From Bacillota bacterium (GTDB taxonomy: Bacteria; Bacillota; Sulfobacillia; JAIMAT01), in NCBI GenBank assembly GCA_029960955.1, contig JASBVS010000005.1, forward strand, positions 53,200 to 117,199: 64,000 nt of DNA, read 5' to 3'. The notes under the pieces are model-generated. The model was not told the DNA's origin. It saw nothing but the letters and a program-made list of their open reading frames with translations, and ran no database searches. Each line of letters begins with the position of its first letter. Within the stretch, counting starts at the first letter, position 1. Positions 34,249-43,307 of this stretch are shown here, piece after piece. The translations under genes were made by a program, and so were the position numbers.

Positions 34249-34277
34249 ACTATCTCCCCTCCGCCCGGCTCTGTCAA
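34249..34277 (-). promoter_or_regulatory. Sigma-A-type promoter driving the T-box/trpP transcript
   Basis: The minus strand reads TTGACA (34277-34272)-17 nt-GATAGT (34254-34249). Confidence 0.6.
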
Positions 34278-34402
34278 GGAAGGTTCGCCCGCATCGCCCG
34301 CGCGGGCCGGCAGGCGCCCTCCCGGGCGTTGCCCACGCTCCCGGCGGCCTCCGCGGACCGGCCGCGCCCCCGTGGTAAGCTCTCCCTCAGGAGGGGTGCG
34401 TC

Positions 34403-34705
34403 GTGTTGGGTACAGGTCGTCGATGGATCCGCCGGGCCGTCGGACTGGGCCTGGCCGCGGGCCTGGTGACCACCACGGCCCTCGGGGCGGCGGCCGGGGC
34501 GGCGCTGGGCGCCGGCCTGAGGGAGATGCGCCGCTCGCCGCGCCGGAGCGGCGGGGCGGACGGGGCCGAGTTCCGCCGCCGCTTCCGGGAGTTCCGGCGG
34601 CGCATGGATCACGCCTTCGACGTCTGGCGCGAGCCGTGGCCCGAGGATCGCGGCGCCGGCCCGGAAGGGTACCGCCCTTCCATCGAGCCCGAGGAAGACG
34701 TCTGA
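34403..34705 (+). CDS. Small hypothetical protein with an N-terminal Gly/Ala-rich TM segment
   Basis: AGGAGGGG lies 6 nt upstream of GTG 34403, with a 12-nt gap to the ubiB-like gene. AVGLGLAAGLVTTTALGAAAGAALGAGL is followed by an Arg-rich tail. Confidence 0.5.
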   Translation: MLGTGRRWIRRAVGLGLAAGLVTTTALGAAAGAALGAGLREMRRSPRRSGGADGAEFRRRFREFRRRMDHAFDVWREPWPEDRGAGPEGYRPSIEPEEDV

Positions 34706-34717
34706 GACGACGCTCCG

Positions 34718-36466
34718 GTGAACCCGCTCCGCCGTGGCTGGACGGTCCTGGCGCTCGTCGCCGGCGTCGCTCTGGAGTGGCTCGCGGTCGCGATCCTGGA
34801 GCGCCTGGGGCGGGAGGAGAGGGCCCGCCGGCTGGCCGCCCGGCTCCTGCCCGCCCAGGCGCGTCGCCTGCGCCGCACCGCCATCCGGCTGCAGGGGCTC
34901 CTGATCAAGGTCGGCCAGTTCCTGAGCACGCGCGTCGACGTGCTCCCCGAGTCGTTCACCTCCGAACTGGCGGATCTGCAGGACGTGGTGCCGCCGGCCC
35001 CCTGGCCGGCCGTCCGCGCCCGCCTCGAGCAGGCCTACGGCCGGCCCGAGGCCTGGCCCTTCGCGCGCGTGGAGCAGGAGCCCGTCGCCGCCGCCTCCCT
35101 GGCGCAGGTGCACCGCGCCTGGCTCGACGACGGCAGGCTCCTGGCGCTCAAGATCCTGCGGCCGGGCATCGAGCGGCTGGTGCGGACCGACCTCTGGTCG
35201 CTGGGCGTGGCGGCCCGCTGGGCCGCGCGCTGGACCTCCTGGGGACGGCGCTACGATCTCCTCAAGATCTACGGGGAGTTCCGCGAGACGACGCTGGCCG
35301 AGCTCGACCTCCTGGGCGAGGCGGAGCGGGCGCGCCGCTTCGCCGCCAACTTCGCCGGGCGGCGGGGCGTCCGCGTCCCCCGCGTCTACCGCGAGCTCTC
35401 GAGCCGGGTCACGCTGGCGATGAGCTACGAGGAAGGGATCCCCTCCGACGACGCGGAAGCCATGCGCGCGGCGGGGATCGAGCCGCGCCGCGTCGCCCTC
35501 CGCCTGGTCCGGGCCACCATGCGCCAGATCCTCGACCACGGCTTCTTCCATGCGGATCCGCATCCGGGGAACCTCTTCGTCACCCCCGAGGGCGCCCTCC
35601 TCTACCTCGACTTCGGCATGATGGGCGAGGTTCGCCCGCAGGACCGCGAGGCGGTGGCGCGCCTGCTCCTGGCCCTCCTGACGCGCGACGCCGAGGGCGT
35701 GGCCGAGGCGGTGGTAGCGCTGGAGTTCGTCCGCCCGGGGACCGACGCCGGGGCGCTCCGCAAGACCATGGCCTTCGCCATGGAGCGGCTTCTGGCCACC
35801 GACACCGCCCGCGACCCGGAGGCCTTCGTCCGCTTCACCCGCGAGATGGGCGACTTCCTCTACTCGCACCCCTTCCAGCTGCCCGCCCGCTTCCTCTTCC
35901 TGGGCCGGGCCCTGGGCATGGTGGCCGGCACCTTCACGCGGCTGGCGCCGGGGGAGGACTTCATGGCCGCCGTCCTCGAGGCGGGCCGCGACCTTCTCCT
36001 GGGCGGCGGCTCGGTCGCCCGCGCGCTCGGCGGCGCCCTCGTCCCCCTGCGGGCCGCCGCCCTGGCGGCGCCGGGCGGGGAGCGCCGCGATCCCGCCGGG
36101 GCGGAGGGCCGGAACAGCCCCTCGCGCGAACTCCTTCTCGCCTTCCTCCAGCCCTGGCTGCGGCTCCCGCGGACGCTGGAGGCGATCCTTCAGGCGCTCC
36201 AGTCGCAGGAAGCCGGGCCTGGCCCCGCCTCCCGCTCCGGCTCCCCCCTCCCCGCCCGCGCGGAGGCCGCCCGCGCCCGGCCCGACCCGGCTCTGGCGCG
36301 GCTGGTCGACCGCCTGCTCTGGGGGTGGTGGGCCGGGCTCCTCGCCCTCGTCCTCCTCCTCGGCCCCGCCGCGGGCGGTCTCGCCGCGCAGCCCGTCTTC
36401 CGCCTGGCCGCGGGGGTGGCGGAGGCGGCGGTCCTCTTCCTCTGGCTGCGCACCTACCGGCGCTAG
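34718..36466 (+). CDS. ABC1/UbiB/AarF-family atypical kinase
   Basis: LIKVGQFLSTRVDVLPESFTSELADLQD, AAASLAQVHRA, HADPHPGNLFV and YLDFGMMG. C-terminal TM segments are present. Confidence 0.92.
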   Translation: MNPLRRGWTVLALVAGVALEWLAVAILERLGREERARRLAARLLPAQARRLRRTAIRLQGLLIKVGQFLSTRVDVLPESFTSELADLQDVVPPAPWPAVRARLEQAYGRPEAWPFARVEQEPVAAASLAQVHRAWLDDGRLLALKILRPGIERLVRTDLWSLGVAARWAARWTSWGRRYDLLKIYGEFRETTLAELDLLGEAERARRFAANFAGRRGVRVPRVYRELSSRVTLAMSYEEGIPSDDAEAMRAAGIEPRRVALRLVRATMRQILDHGFFHADPHPGNLFVTPEGALLYLDFGMMGEVRPQDREAVARLLLALLTRDAEGVAEAVVALEFVRPGTDAGALRKTMAFAMERLLATDTARDPEAFVRFTREMGDFLYSHPFQLPARFLFLGRALGMVAGTFTRLAPGEDFMAAVLEAGRDLLLGGGSVARALGGALVPLRAAALAAPGGERRDPAGAEGRNSPSRELLLAFLQPWLRLPRTLEAILQALQSQEAGPGPASRSGSPLPARAEAARARPDPALARLVDRLLWGWWAGLLALVLLLGPAAGGLAAQPVFRLAAGVAEAAVLFLWLRTYRR

Positions 36467-36599
36467 GGCGGGCGCCCCCGCCCCGGCCGGCGGGGGACGG
36501 GCCGTCGCCCGCGCCGCCTGCCTTCTACCGCCTGGTATAGAGGGGCCGGCCCCTCTCCCCCGAATCCCGCCCGAGACGGCGCTGGAAGGAGGTCGCTCG

Positions 36600-37634
36600 A
36601 TGGAGGAGCCGGGACGGCGGGTGCGGGTGGCGCTGGACGCCCTGTCGGGCGACCACGCGCCGCAGGCGATGGTGGAGGGAGCACTGGCCGCCCTGGCGGA
36701 GGAGCCCGCGCTCGACGTGCTCCTGGTCGGGCCTGCCGCCCGGCTGGATGCCGAGCTCGCCTCCCGGGGCGGGCTGGGATGGCTCCGCGCCGGCCGCCTG
36801 CGGCTGGTCGAGGCACCGCGCCGCGTCGAGGAAGGCGAGGCGCCCGTCCGCCTCATCCAGCGCGACCCGGAGCTCTCCGTGGCGGTGACCGCCCGGCTCG
36901 TCCGCGACGGCGAGGCCGACGCGGGCGTCTCCGTCGGCCACACGGGCGCGACGCTGGCGGCCGCCACCCTGATCCTCGGGCTCCTGCCGGGGATCGAGCG
37001 GCCGGTGGCGGGACTCGCCTTCCCCTTCGCCCCGCACACCTTCGTGGTCGACCTGGGGCCCAACGTGGACGTCACCGCCAAGCACCTGCTCGACTTCGCG
37101 CGCATGGGCGTCGTCTACGCGCAGGCCTTCCTCGGTGTCGCCGAACCGGAGGTGGCGCTCCTGTCCAACGGGCAGGAGCGCGGCAAGGGGAACCGCCAGA
37201 CCCGGGCCGCCTACGAGCTCCTCGAGCGGAGCGGACTGCGCTTCCGGGGCTACGTGGAAGGGCAGGACGTGGTCCGCGGTGCCGCCGACGTCATCGTGGT
37301 CGACGGCTTCACGGGCAACATCCTGATCAAGTTCCTGGAGGGCTTGGCCGGCTACCTGGGCAGCCGGCTGCGCGAGGGCCTGGCCGAGGCGGGAGTGTCG
37401 GCCACCGGCGAGCTGGGGCGCCTCCTCGACCTGCTGGAGGAGCTGAGCGACGTCACGCGCGTCGAGGCGGTACCCATGATCCTCGGCGTGGACGGGGTCT
37501 TCCTGCCCGGCCACGGCCGCTCGCGAGCGGAGGATGTCCGGCGCCTGATCGCGGCGGCGGCGCAGGCGGTCCGAAGCGACTTCCTGCCGCGGCTGCGCGA
37601 GGCGCTGGCGAGCGGGGAGGCGACGCGAAGGTGA
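36600..37634 (+). CDS. plsX: Phosphate acyltransferase PlsX
   Basis: VALDALSGDHAP, SVGHTGA, VALLSNGQERGKG, and VVDGFTGNILIK. Confidence 0.94.
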   Translation: MEEPGRRVRVALDALSGDHAPQAMVEGALAALAEEPALDVLLVGPAARLDAELASRGGLGWLRAGRLRLVEAPRRVEEGEAPVRLIQRDPELSVAVTARLVRDGEADAGVSVGHTGATLAAATLILGLLPGIERPVAGLAFPFAPHTFVVDLGPNVDVTAKHLLDFARMGVVYAQAFLGVAEPEVALLSNGQERGKGNRQTRAAYELLERSGLRFRGYVEGQDVVRGAADVIVVDGFTGNILIKFLEGLAGYLGSRLREGLAEAGVSATGELGRLLDLLEELSDVTRVEAVPMILGVDGVFLPGHGRSRAEDVRRLIAAAAQAVRSDFLPRLREALASGEATRR

Positions 37635-38695
37635 GCACGGTTTCCGTGGCCGGTCGCCTGCAACCCGGCGCGCCCTGGGACGGCCGCGTCCTCGGCGAGG
37701 TCCTGGAGCAGGCGGCGGCGGAGTTCGCCCGCCACGTGGAGGAGATCAACCGGATCAACGTCTTCCCGGTTCCCGACGGCGACTCGGGCACCAACATGGA
37801 GCGGACGCTGGCAGCCGTGGCGCACGCCGCCCGGCAGGCGGCGGCCGCCGGGGCGAACGCGGGAGAGCTGATGCGGCAGGCGGCGCGGGCGGCGCTCCTG
37901 GGCGCCCGCGGCAACTCGGGCGTCATCCTGGCCGAGATCTTCCGCGGCATGGCGCGGCAGGTGGGGCAGCTGGCGGCGCTTCAGCCGGGCGACATGGCGG
38001 AGGCGCTGGCGGCCGGCGCCGAGGCGGCTTACAGGGCGATGAGCGATCCGGTGGAGGGGACGATCCTGACCGCCATCCGCGCCGCCGCCGAGGCGACGGC
38101 ACGCTTCCGGCGGGAGCCGGCGCGGGGGATGGCCGAGCTCCTGCGCACCGCCGCCGAGGCCGCCCAGGAGGCGACCCGGCGGACTCCCGAGCTCCTTCCG
38201 ATCCTGCGCGAGCGGGGCGTGGTCGACGCTGCGGCCAAGGGGCTGGCCACCTTCCTCGAGGCGGCGGCGCGCCAGGCTGCGCGGATCGAGGCCGGCGGCG
38301 GGAGGGCCGGTTCCGGGCGAGGCGCCAGGGCCGCGCAGGGCGAGCGGGCCGGGGCGGCGCCCGGCCGGGCGGAGGCTCAAGAGCGCCCTGCGGAGAGCGC
38401 CGGGGCGCCGCTCTACGGGCAGGAGGTCCAGCTGCTGCTCGAGTCCGAGCTCGAGCGCGAGGAGGTGCGCAGGCGACTGGAACCGCTGGGCGAGTCGCTC
38501 CTGGTCATCGGCGAGCCCGGTCTCTACCGCGTCCACATCCACACGCGCCGGACCGCCGAGGTGCTGGAGGCCTGCAGGGCCATGGGGCGGACCGATCAGG
38601 AGAGCGTCGAGGACCTGGACGAGGAAGCCGCCCGCGCCGAGGCCGAGCTCCACGTGAGGGAGAGGCGCCTGGCGGAGGGCCAGGGCGCCTCCTGA
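37631..38695 (+). CDS. DAK2 domain-containing protein (YloV-like, short form)
   Basis: INRINVFPVPDGDSGTNMERT and ARGNSGVILAEIFRG. GTG at 37631 overlaps the plsX stop (GTGA). Confidence 0.85.
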   Translation: MSTVSVAGRLQPGAPWDGRVLGEVLEQAAAEFARHVEEINRINVFPVPDGDSGTNMERTLAAVAHAARQAAAAGANAGELMRQAARAALLGARGNSGVILAEIFRGMARQVGQLAALQPGDMAEALAAGAEAAYRAMSDPVEGTILTAIRAAAEATARFRREPARGMAELLRTAAEAAQEATRRTPELLPILRERGVVDAAAKGLATFLEAAARQAARIEAGGGRAGSGRGARAAQGERAGAAPGRAEAQERPAESAGAPLYGQEVQLLLESELEREEVRRRLEPLGESLLVIGEPGLYRVHIHTRRTAEVLEACRAMGRTDQESVEDLDEEAARAEAELHVRERRLAEGQGAS

Positions 38696-39180
38696 CCGAG
38701 GGCGCGCCAGTCGATGGCCGTCGCGCTCATGTAGAGCTTGGCCAGGTGCCCGGCGGCGTCCCAGCCGAAGTAGAGGTAACCGCCCCGGAGGGGCAGCTCG
38801 ACGATACCGAGGCTGCCGGGCGTCTCCGGGTCGAAGGGGACCACCACGCGCGCGCCGCCCGAGCGGGGATGCCGCCGCAGCCAGAGGCGGGTCGCCTCCA
38901 GCGCCTGCCGCGACGGGCGGTCGCCCAGGCTGAGCAGCTCCGTTCCCTCGACCAGCTCCGTGTCCGGGCGGAGGAGGCCCTCGAACGGGTCTCCGGGGCT
39001 CTGCAGGATCTGGTCGTAGAGCTGCAGGCTGCGACCGACCAGGAGCGACTCCTCGCCGCCGCCCGGCTGCGCGGGACTCCCCGCCGGCTCGAGGCGGCAG
39101 CCGCCGGCGACCACCAGCAGAGCCGCGAGCAGGCCGAGGAGCAGGAACCGCCCGGAGGACCGCCCCCGCCGCTCAGCCAC
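38596..39180 (-). CDS. Hypothetical lipoprotein (3' end overlaps the DAK2 gene convergently)
   Basis: The signal-like RFLLLGLLAALLVVAGGC follows a GTG that overlaps the moaA stop. The last ~33 codons are antisense to the DAK2 gene, so the C-terminus is uncertain. Confidence 0.45.
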   Translation of the reverse strand: MAERRGRSSGRFLLLGLLAALLVVAGGCRLEPAGSPAQPGGGEESLLVGRSLQLYDQILQSPGDPFEGLLRPDTELVEGTELLSLGDRPSRQALEATRLWLRRHPRSGGARVVVPFDPETPGSLGIVELPLRGGYLYFGWDAAGHLAKLYMSATAIDWRALGQEAPWPSARRLSLTWSSASARAASSSRSSTLS

Positions 39181-40162
39181 CGATGGCGTACATCGCCCGC
39201 TCGGGCTGGCGGAAGTCCTGGCGGTTGATGAGATGGCCTTCCCACTTGCTCCAGACCGCACCACGCATCACCGCGGCCAACGCCTCGTCGTCCGCCCCCG
39301 AGCGCAGCGGCCCGCGCAGGTCGGTCTCCTCGAGGGCGAAGAGGCAATTCCGGATCTTACCGTCCGCAGTGAGGCGGATCCGGTCGCACTGGTGACAGAA
39401 GGGGCGCGAGACGCTGGCGATGATGCCGAATTCCACCCCTGCCACGCGATAGGCGCGTGCCGGCTGGTGGGGATCGGCCTCGACGCTCTCCACAGGCCCC
39501 AGCTTGGCAGCCTCCGCGAGGATCTCGTCCGCCGTCACCACGCGCTCCCGGCTCCAGCGCCGGTCGCCGTCCAGCGGCATGAACTCGATGAAGCGGACGC
39601 GGACCCCCATCTGCCGGCCCCACTCGATGAAGTCGGTCACTTCGTCCTCGTTGATCCCGCGCATCAGGACGGTGTTGATCTTGACGGGGAAGCCGGCCGC
39701 GAGGGCGGCGCGGATGCCCTCCAGCACGCGTTCGAAGGTGTCCCGCCGGGTCAGCTCGGCGAACCGGTCCCGGCGCAGGCTGTCCAGGCTGATGTTGAGG
39801 CTTCCCAGGCCGGCCCTGCGCAGCGCCTCCGCCTTCTCCGGGAGGAAGTACCCGTTGGTGGTCATGGAGAGGTCGCGCAGCCCCTCGATGGCCGCCAGCT
39901 GCTCGACCAGCACCTCCATCTCCGGTCGCGCCAGCGGTTCGCCGCCCGTCAACCGGACCCGCTGCACGCCCAGCCCGACGGCCACGCGCGCCAGGCGGGC
40001 GATCTCTTCGAAGGTGAGGATCTCGCTGCGGGGCAGCCAGCGCACGTTCTCGCTGGGCATGCAGTACTGGCAGCGGAAGTTGCAGCGGTCGGTGACGGAG
40101 ATCCGCAGCTTCCGGACGACTCGCCCGAACCGGTCAACAAGCTCCGGCCCCAAACCGATCAC
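39173..40162 (-). CDS. moaA: GTP 3',8-cyclase MoaA (radical SAM)
   Basis: LRISVTDRCNFRCQYCMP (CxxxCxxC), LTGGEPL, SMTTNG, and C-terminal CHQCDRIRLTADGKIRNCLF. GTG at 40162 gives 329 aa. Confidence 0.94.
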   Translation of the reverse strand: MIGLGPELVDRFGRVVRKLRISVTDRCNFRCQYCMPSENVRWLPRSEILTFEEIARLARVAVGLGVQRVRLTGGEPLARPEMEVLVEQLAAIEGLRDLSMTTNGYFLPEKAEALRRAGLGSLNISLDSLRRDRFAELTRRDTFERVLEGIRAALAAGFPVKINTVLMRGINEDEVTDFIEWGRQMGVRVRFIEFMPLDGDRRWSRERVVTADEILAEAAKLGPVESVEADPHQPARAYRVAGVEFGIIASVSRPFCHQCDRIRLTADGKIRNCLFALEETDLRGPLRSGADDEALAAVMRGAVWSKWEGHLINRQDFRQPERAMYAIGG

Positions 40163-40339
40163 TTCCCCCGGAGTGCACCCTGCGGCCCGGCTGGCCGCTA
40201 CCAAGACTCTATCACCGCGCCCGGCGCCTTGACGAGTCGCGCGCGGAGGCGGACGACCCCCGCGCCAGCGCGCCCCCGGTTCGCCGCGTTGTATCGGAGG
40301 GCGGATCGGAGATACCCTCTGGGGGGAAGGGGATGCCGA

Positions 40340-40966
40340 ATGCGTGACGGACCCATCGATCGCAGGGCCAAGTGGATCGCCATCCGGAACTACGCCGCAT
40401 CGGCGCCCATGGACGTCGGGCGCGTCGCCGTCCTCTCCTTCCTGGCCGGTCGCCTGGACCACGTTCATTTCGTCCGCGACCTCGCGGGGGCGCGCGTCGC
40501 TCTGCGCCTGACGCAGCCGCGCCGCCTGGTCGTCCCCGGGCCGCCCTTCCAGGCGCTGGTCGACGGCGTGCCCGTGCCCAACCCGATGCTCTTCATCGCC
40601 GCCATGGCCGAGCGGGACGACGCCATCTACGTACAGCTGGACTTCGACGGGGCGGAGGAAGCCGACTGGTACCAGGCGGTGCTGGAGGAGAGCGCCGACG
40701 AGGCCCGGCGCGCCGCCGCGGAGGACCCGCGCTGGCGGATCGAGCTCCTGCGCGAGCGCGTCAACCACGCGCTCGACGTCTACCGCGAGTGCCGGCGGCT
40801 CCTCGACGAGGGTCATCCCGAGCGCGAGGCCGAGCTGAAGTTCTTCCTGAACATGGCGCGCACCGAGATGGCCGACCTGAGCCGCGAGATCCGCGAGCTG
40901 GGAGCCCAGCTGCCCCGTGCGGAGGGGGAGGAGAGCTTCCGGCCCGACCGCCAGCCGCAGGGCTGA
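40340..40966 (+). CDS. Hypothetical protein
   Basis: ATG at 40340 follows GGGGAAGGGG, divergent from moaA. The C-terminal part looks like a coiled coil (RELLRERVNHALDVYRECRRLLDE...). No family recognised. Confidence 0.5.
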   Translation: MRDGPIDRRAKWIAIRNYAASAPMDVGRVAVLSFLAGRLDHVHFVRDLAGARVALRLTQPRRLVVPGPPFQALVDGVPVPNPMLFIAAMAERDDAIYVQLDFDGAEEADWYQAVLEESADEARRAAAEDPRWRIELLRERVNHALDVYRECRRLLDEGHPEREAELKFFLNMARTEMADLSREIRELGAQLPRAEGEESFRPDRQPQG

Positions 40967-41169
40967 GCCGCCGTCCCATCCCCGCCCGCAGGTCCGCCTC
41001 CGCCCGGAGGAGCCCGGCTCTCGCCGCCGCGGAGCAGGGGGAGGAGAGGAGCGGCGCCTTCGAAAAAGTACCCCTTCGTGATCTCCCCTCTCGTGCCGCT
41101 CCGCCGGCGGCGCCGGTACCGCCGCGCGCCGCCGGCGGCCGCGCGCGGGCGGGGCGAAGGGGGTTGACC

Positions 41170-42357
41170 ATGGCAGACGACGTGCTTGCGATCACAGGCG
41201 GGCGGGTGGTGACGGTGACCGGGCCCACCTACGAGCGGGGAACCGTCCTGGTCCGGGAGGGGCGGATCGTGGCGGTGGGCCCCGCCGACGACCCGGCGCT
41301 GGCCGTCCCCGAGGGGGCGCAGCGGATCGACGCCAGCGGCCGCTGGGTGACGCCCGGCTTCGTCGACGCCCACAACCACTCCGGCGTCCACGAGGAAGCC
41401 AGCGGCCCCGCCGGCTCCGACGCCAACGAGCTGACCGATCCGGTCACGCCCCAGCTCCGCGCCATCGACGCCGTCAACCCGGAGGACGAGGGGATCCGTG
41501 ACGCCCTGCGCGGCGGCGTCACCACCCTCTGGGTCACGCCGGGGAGCGGCAACGCCATCGGCGGCCAGGGGTCGACGCTCCACGCCTTCGGCCGGACCGT
41601 GGAGGAGATGCTCCTGGAGGAGTTCTCCGGCCTGAAGATGGCGCTGGGCGAGAATCCCAAGCGGGTCTACGGCGAGCAGAAGCGGACGCCCTCGACGCGC
41701 ATGGGCACGGCCTACGTGATCCGCGAGGCCTTCGTGCGCGCCCAGGAGTACATGGAGAAGCTGGAGCGCGCGCAGGGCGATCCCGAGAAGCGACCGCCGC
41801 GCGACCTGAAGCTGGAGGCGCTCGCCCGCGTCCTGCGCGGGGAGGTGCCGGTCCGCAACCACTGCCACCGCGCCGACGACATCCGCACCGCCCTCCGCCT
41901 GGCCGACGAGTTCGGCTACCGCCTGGTGATCGACCACGGCACCGAGTCGCACAAGCTGGCGGACGAGCTGGCCCGTCGCGACGTGCCGGTCGCCTGGGGC
42001 CCGGCCACCACCTCGCGCAGCAAGGTGGAGCTCCGCGACCGCTCGCTTCGCACGCCCAGGGTCCTGGCCGAGGCGGGCGTCCGCTTCGCCATCATGACCG
42101 ACCATCCGGTCATCCCGGTCTGGCTCCTGCGCATCACCGCCGGCCTGGCGGTGGGCGAGGGGCTGGACGAGGAAGTGGCCCTCCGGGCGCTCACCGTCGT
42201 GCCGGCCGAGATCACCGGCGTGGCGGACCGCGTCGGCTCGCTGGAGGCCGGCAAGCTGGCCGACATCGTGATCTGGGACGGCCACCCCTTCGAGGTGCGG
42301 AGCCATCCCGAGCGCGTCCTCATCGAGGGGCGGACCGTCTGGAGCACGGAGGCGTGA
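41170..42357 (+). CDS. Amidohydrolase-family metal-dependent hydrolase
   Basis: ITGGRVVT...VLVREGRIVAVG...GRWVTPGFVDAHNHSG (HxH metal site), NHCHRADD, and DHPV. Confidence 0.88.
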   Translation: MADDVLAITGGRVVTVTGPTYERGTVLVREGRIVAVGPADDPALAVPEGAQRIDASGRWVTPGFVDAHNHSGVHEEASGPAGSDANELTDPVTPQLRAIDAVNPEDEGIRDALRGGVTTLWVTPGSGNAIGGQGSTLHAFGRTVEEMLLEEFSGLKMALGENPKRVYGEQKRTPSTRMGTAYVIREAFVRAQEYMEKLERAQGDPEKRPPRDLKLEALARVLRGEVPVRNHCHRADDIRTALRLADEFGYRLVIDHGTESHKLADELARRDVPVAWGPATTSRSKVELRDRSLRTPRVLAEAGVRFAIMTDHPVIPVWLLRITAGLAVGEGLDEEVALRALTVVPAEITGVADRVGSLEAGKLADIVIWDGHPFEVRSHPERVLIEGRTVWSTEA

Positions 42358-43307
42358 GCCCCCTGCCCGCCCGGCCCGAGCCCCGGCCCGGGCGAGACCC
42401 CGGTGGCCGGCCGGCCCCCCGGGCCGGTCGCGACCGGGGTCCGGGCGACCTCCAGCTCGCGCTCCTGCCCCCCGACGAGTCTCTCGTCCTGAGTGCCACG
42501 CGGCTCGACGTCTGGCGCAGCTGCCGGCGGCGCTACCTCTTCCAGTACGTCCAGCGACTGCCCGCCCGGACGACAGAGCCGCTCTGGATCGGCCGCCTCG
42601 TCCACCGGGTGCTGGAACGGCTGGTCGCCCTCCCCCCCGCCGAGCGGCGCGAGGAGGCCGCCCTCGCCCTCCTCGACCGGCTCTGGCCCGAGGAAGCGGA
42701 CCGGCGGAGCGCCTTCCCCTCCCCGGAGCGCGAGCAGGCGGCGCGCCAGCGCGCCCGCGCCATGCTGGCCGCCTGGGTGCGCCGCGAGCGGGCGAGGCTG
42801 GGTCCCGACAGCCGCCTGGTGGGGCTCGAGCTGCCCCTCAGCCTGCGCCTGGGCGACGGCCTGGCCTTCACCGGCCGGATCGACCGGCTGGAATGGCGAG
42901 AAGGCGGGCTCGAGCTGGTGGACTACAAGACCGGTCGCCCGCGGAGCGCGCCGGCGCTCCGCCGCGACCTGCAGGCCGTCGCCTACGCCTGGCTCGTGGA
43001 GAGCGTCTGGGGTCGCCCGGTCGAGCGCGTGACCTTCTGGTTCCTCGCGGTCGACCGCCTCGTCACCTTTCCGGTCGACCGCGAGGCCGCCTCGGCCCTG
43101 CCCGATCGGCTGCGCGCCGAGGGCCGGGCGATCCGGGAGGAGAGGCTCTACCCCGCCCGTCCCGGTCCGGCCTGCCGCTGGTGCGACTACCTCGCGCTCT
43201 GCCCGGAGGGGCAGCAGGCGGCCCGGCGCCTCGCGTCGCGTCAGGCGGGCGGATCGGCCGGGGCGGCCCCCTCCCAGGCTGCGCGGAGCAGCGACTCGGG
43301 CAGGTAG
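42354..43307 (+). CDS. PD-(D/E)XK nuclease, Cas4/AddB-like with a 4-Cys cluster
   Basis: N-terminal Cys in LDVWRSCRRRYLF, GRIDRLE...LELVDYKTG (D..E.K core), and C-terminal CRWCDYLALC (CxxCx5C). GTG overlaps the amidohydrolase stop. Confidence 0.8.
   Translation: MSPLPARPEPRPGRDPGGRPAPRAGRDRGPGDLQLALLPPDESLVLSATRLDVWRSCRRRYLFQYVQRLPARTTEPLWIGRLVHRVLERLVALPPAERREEAALALLDRLWPEEADRRSAFPSPEREQAARQRARAMLAAWVRRERARLGPDSRLVGLELPLSLRLGDGLAFTGRIDRLEWREGGLELVDYKTGRPRSAPALRRDLQAVAYAWLVESVWGRPVERVTFWFLAVDRLVTFPVDREAASALPDRLRAEGRAIREERLYPARPGPACRWCDYLALCPEGQQAARRLASRQAGGSAGAAPSQAARSSDSGR

Noticed and set aside
40163-40339. Possible Moco (molybdenum cofactor) riboswitch upstream of moaA. CCUCCG-like strings are present (CCCTCCGAT, GCCTCCGCG, CACTCCGGGGGAAG).
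   Set aside because: An extended -10-like element (TGATAGAGT) would place the TSS only ~50 nt from the start codon. That is too short for the ~130-nt Moco motif. I also could not trace the conserved P1-P5 architecture by eye. An Infernal scan with the Rfam Moco RNA motif covariance model would settle it.
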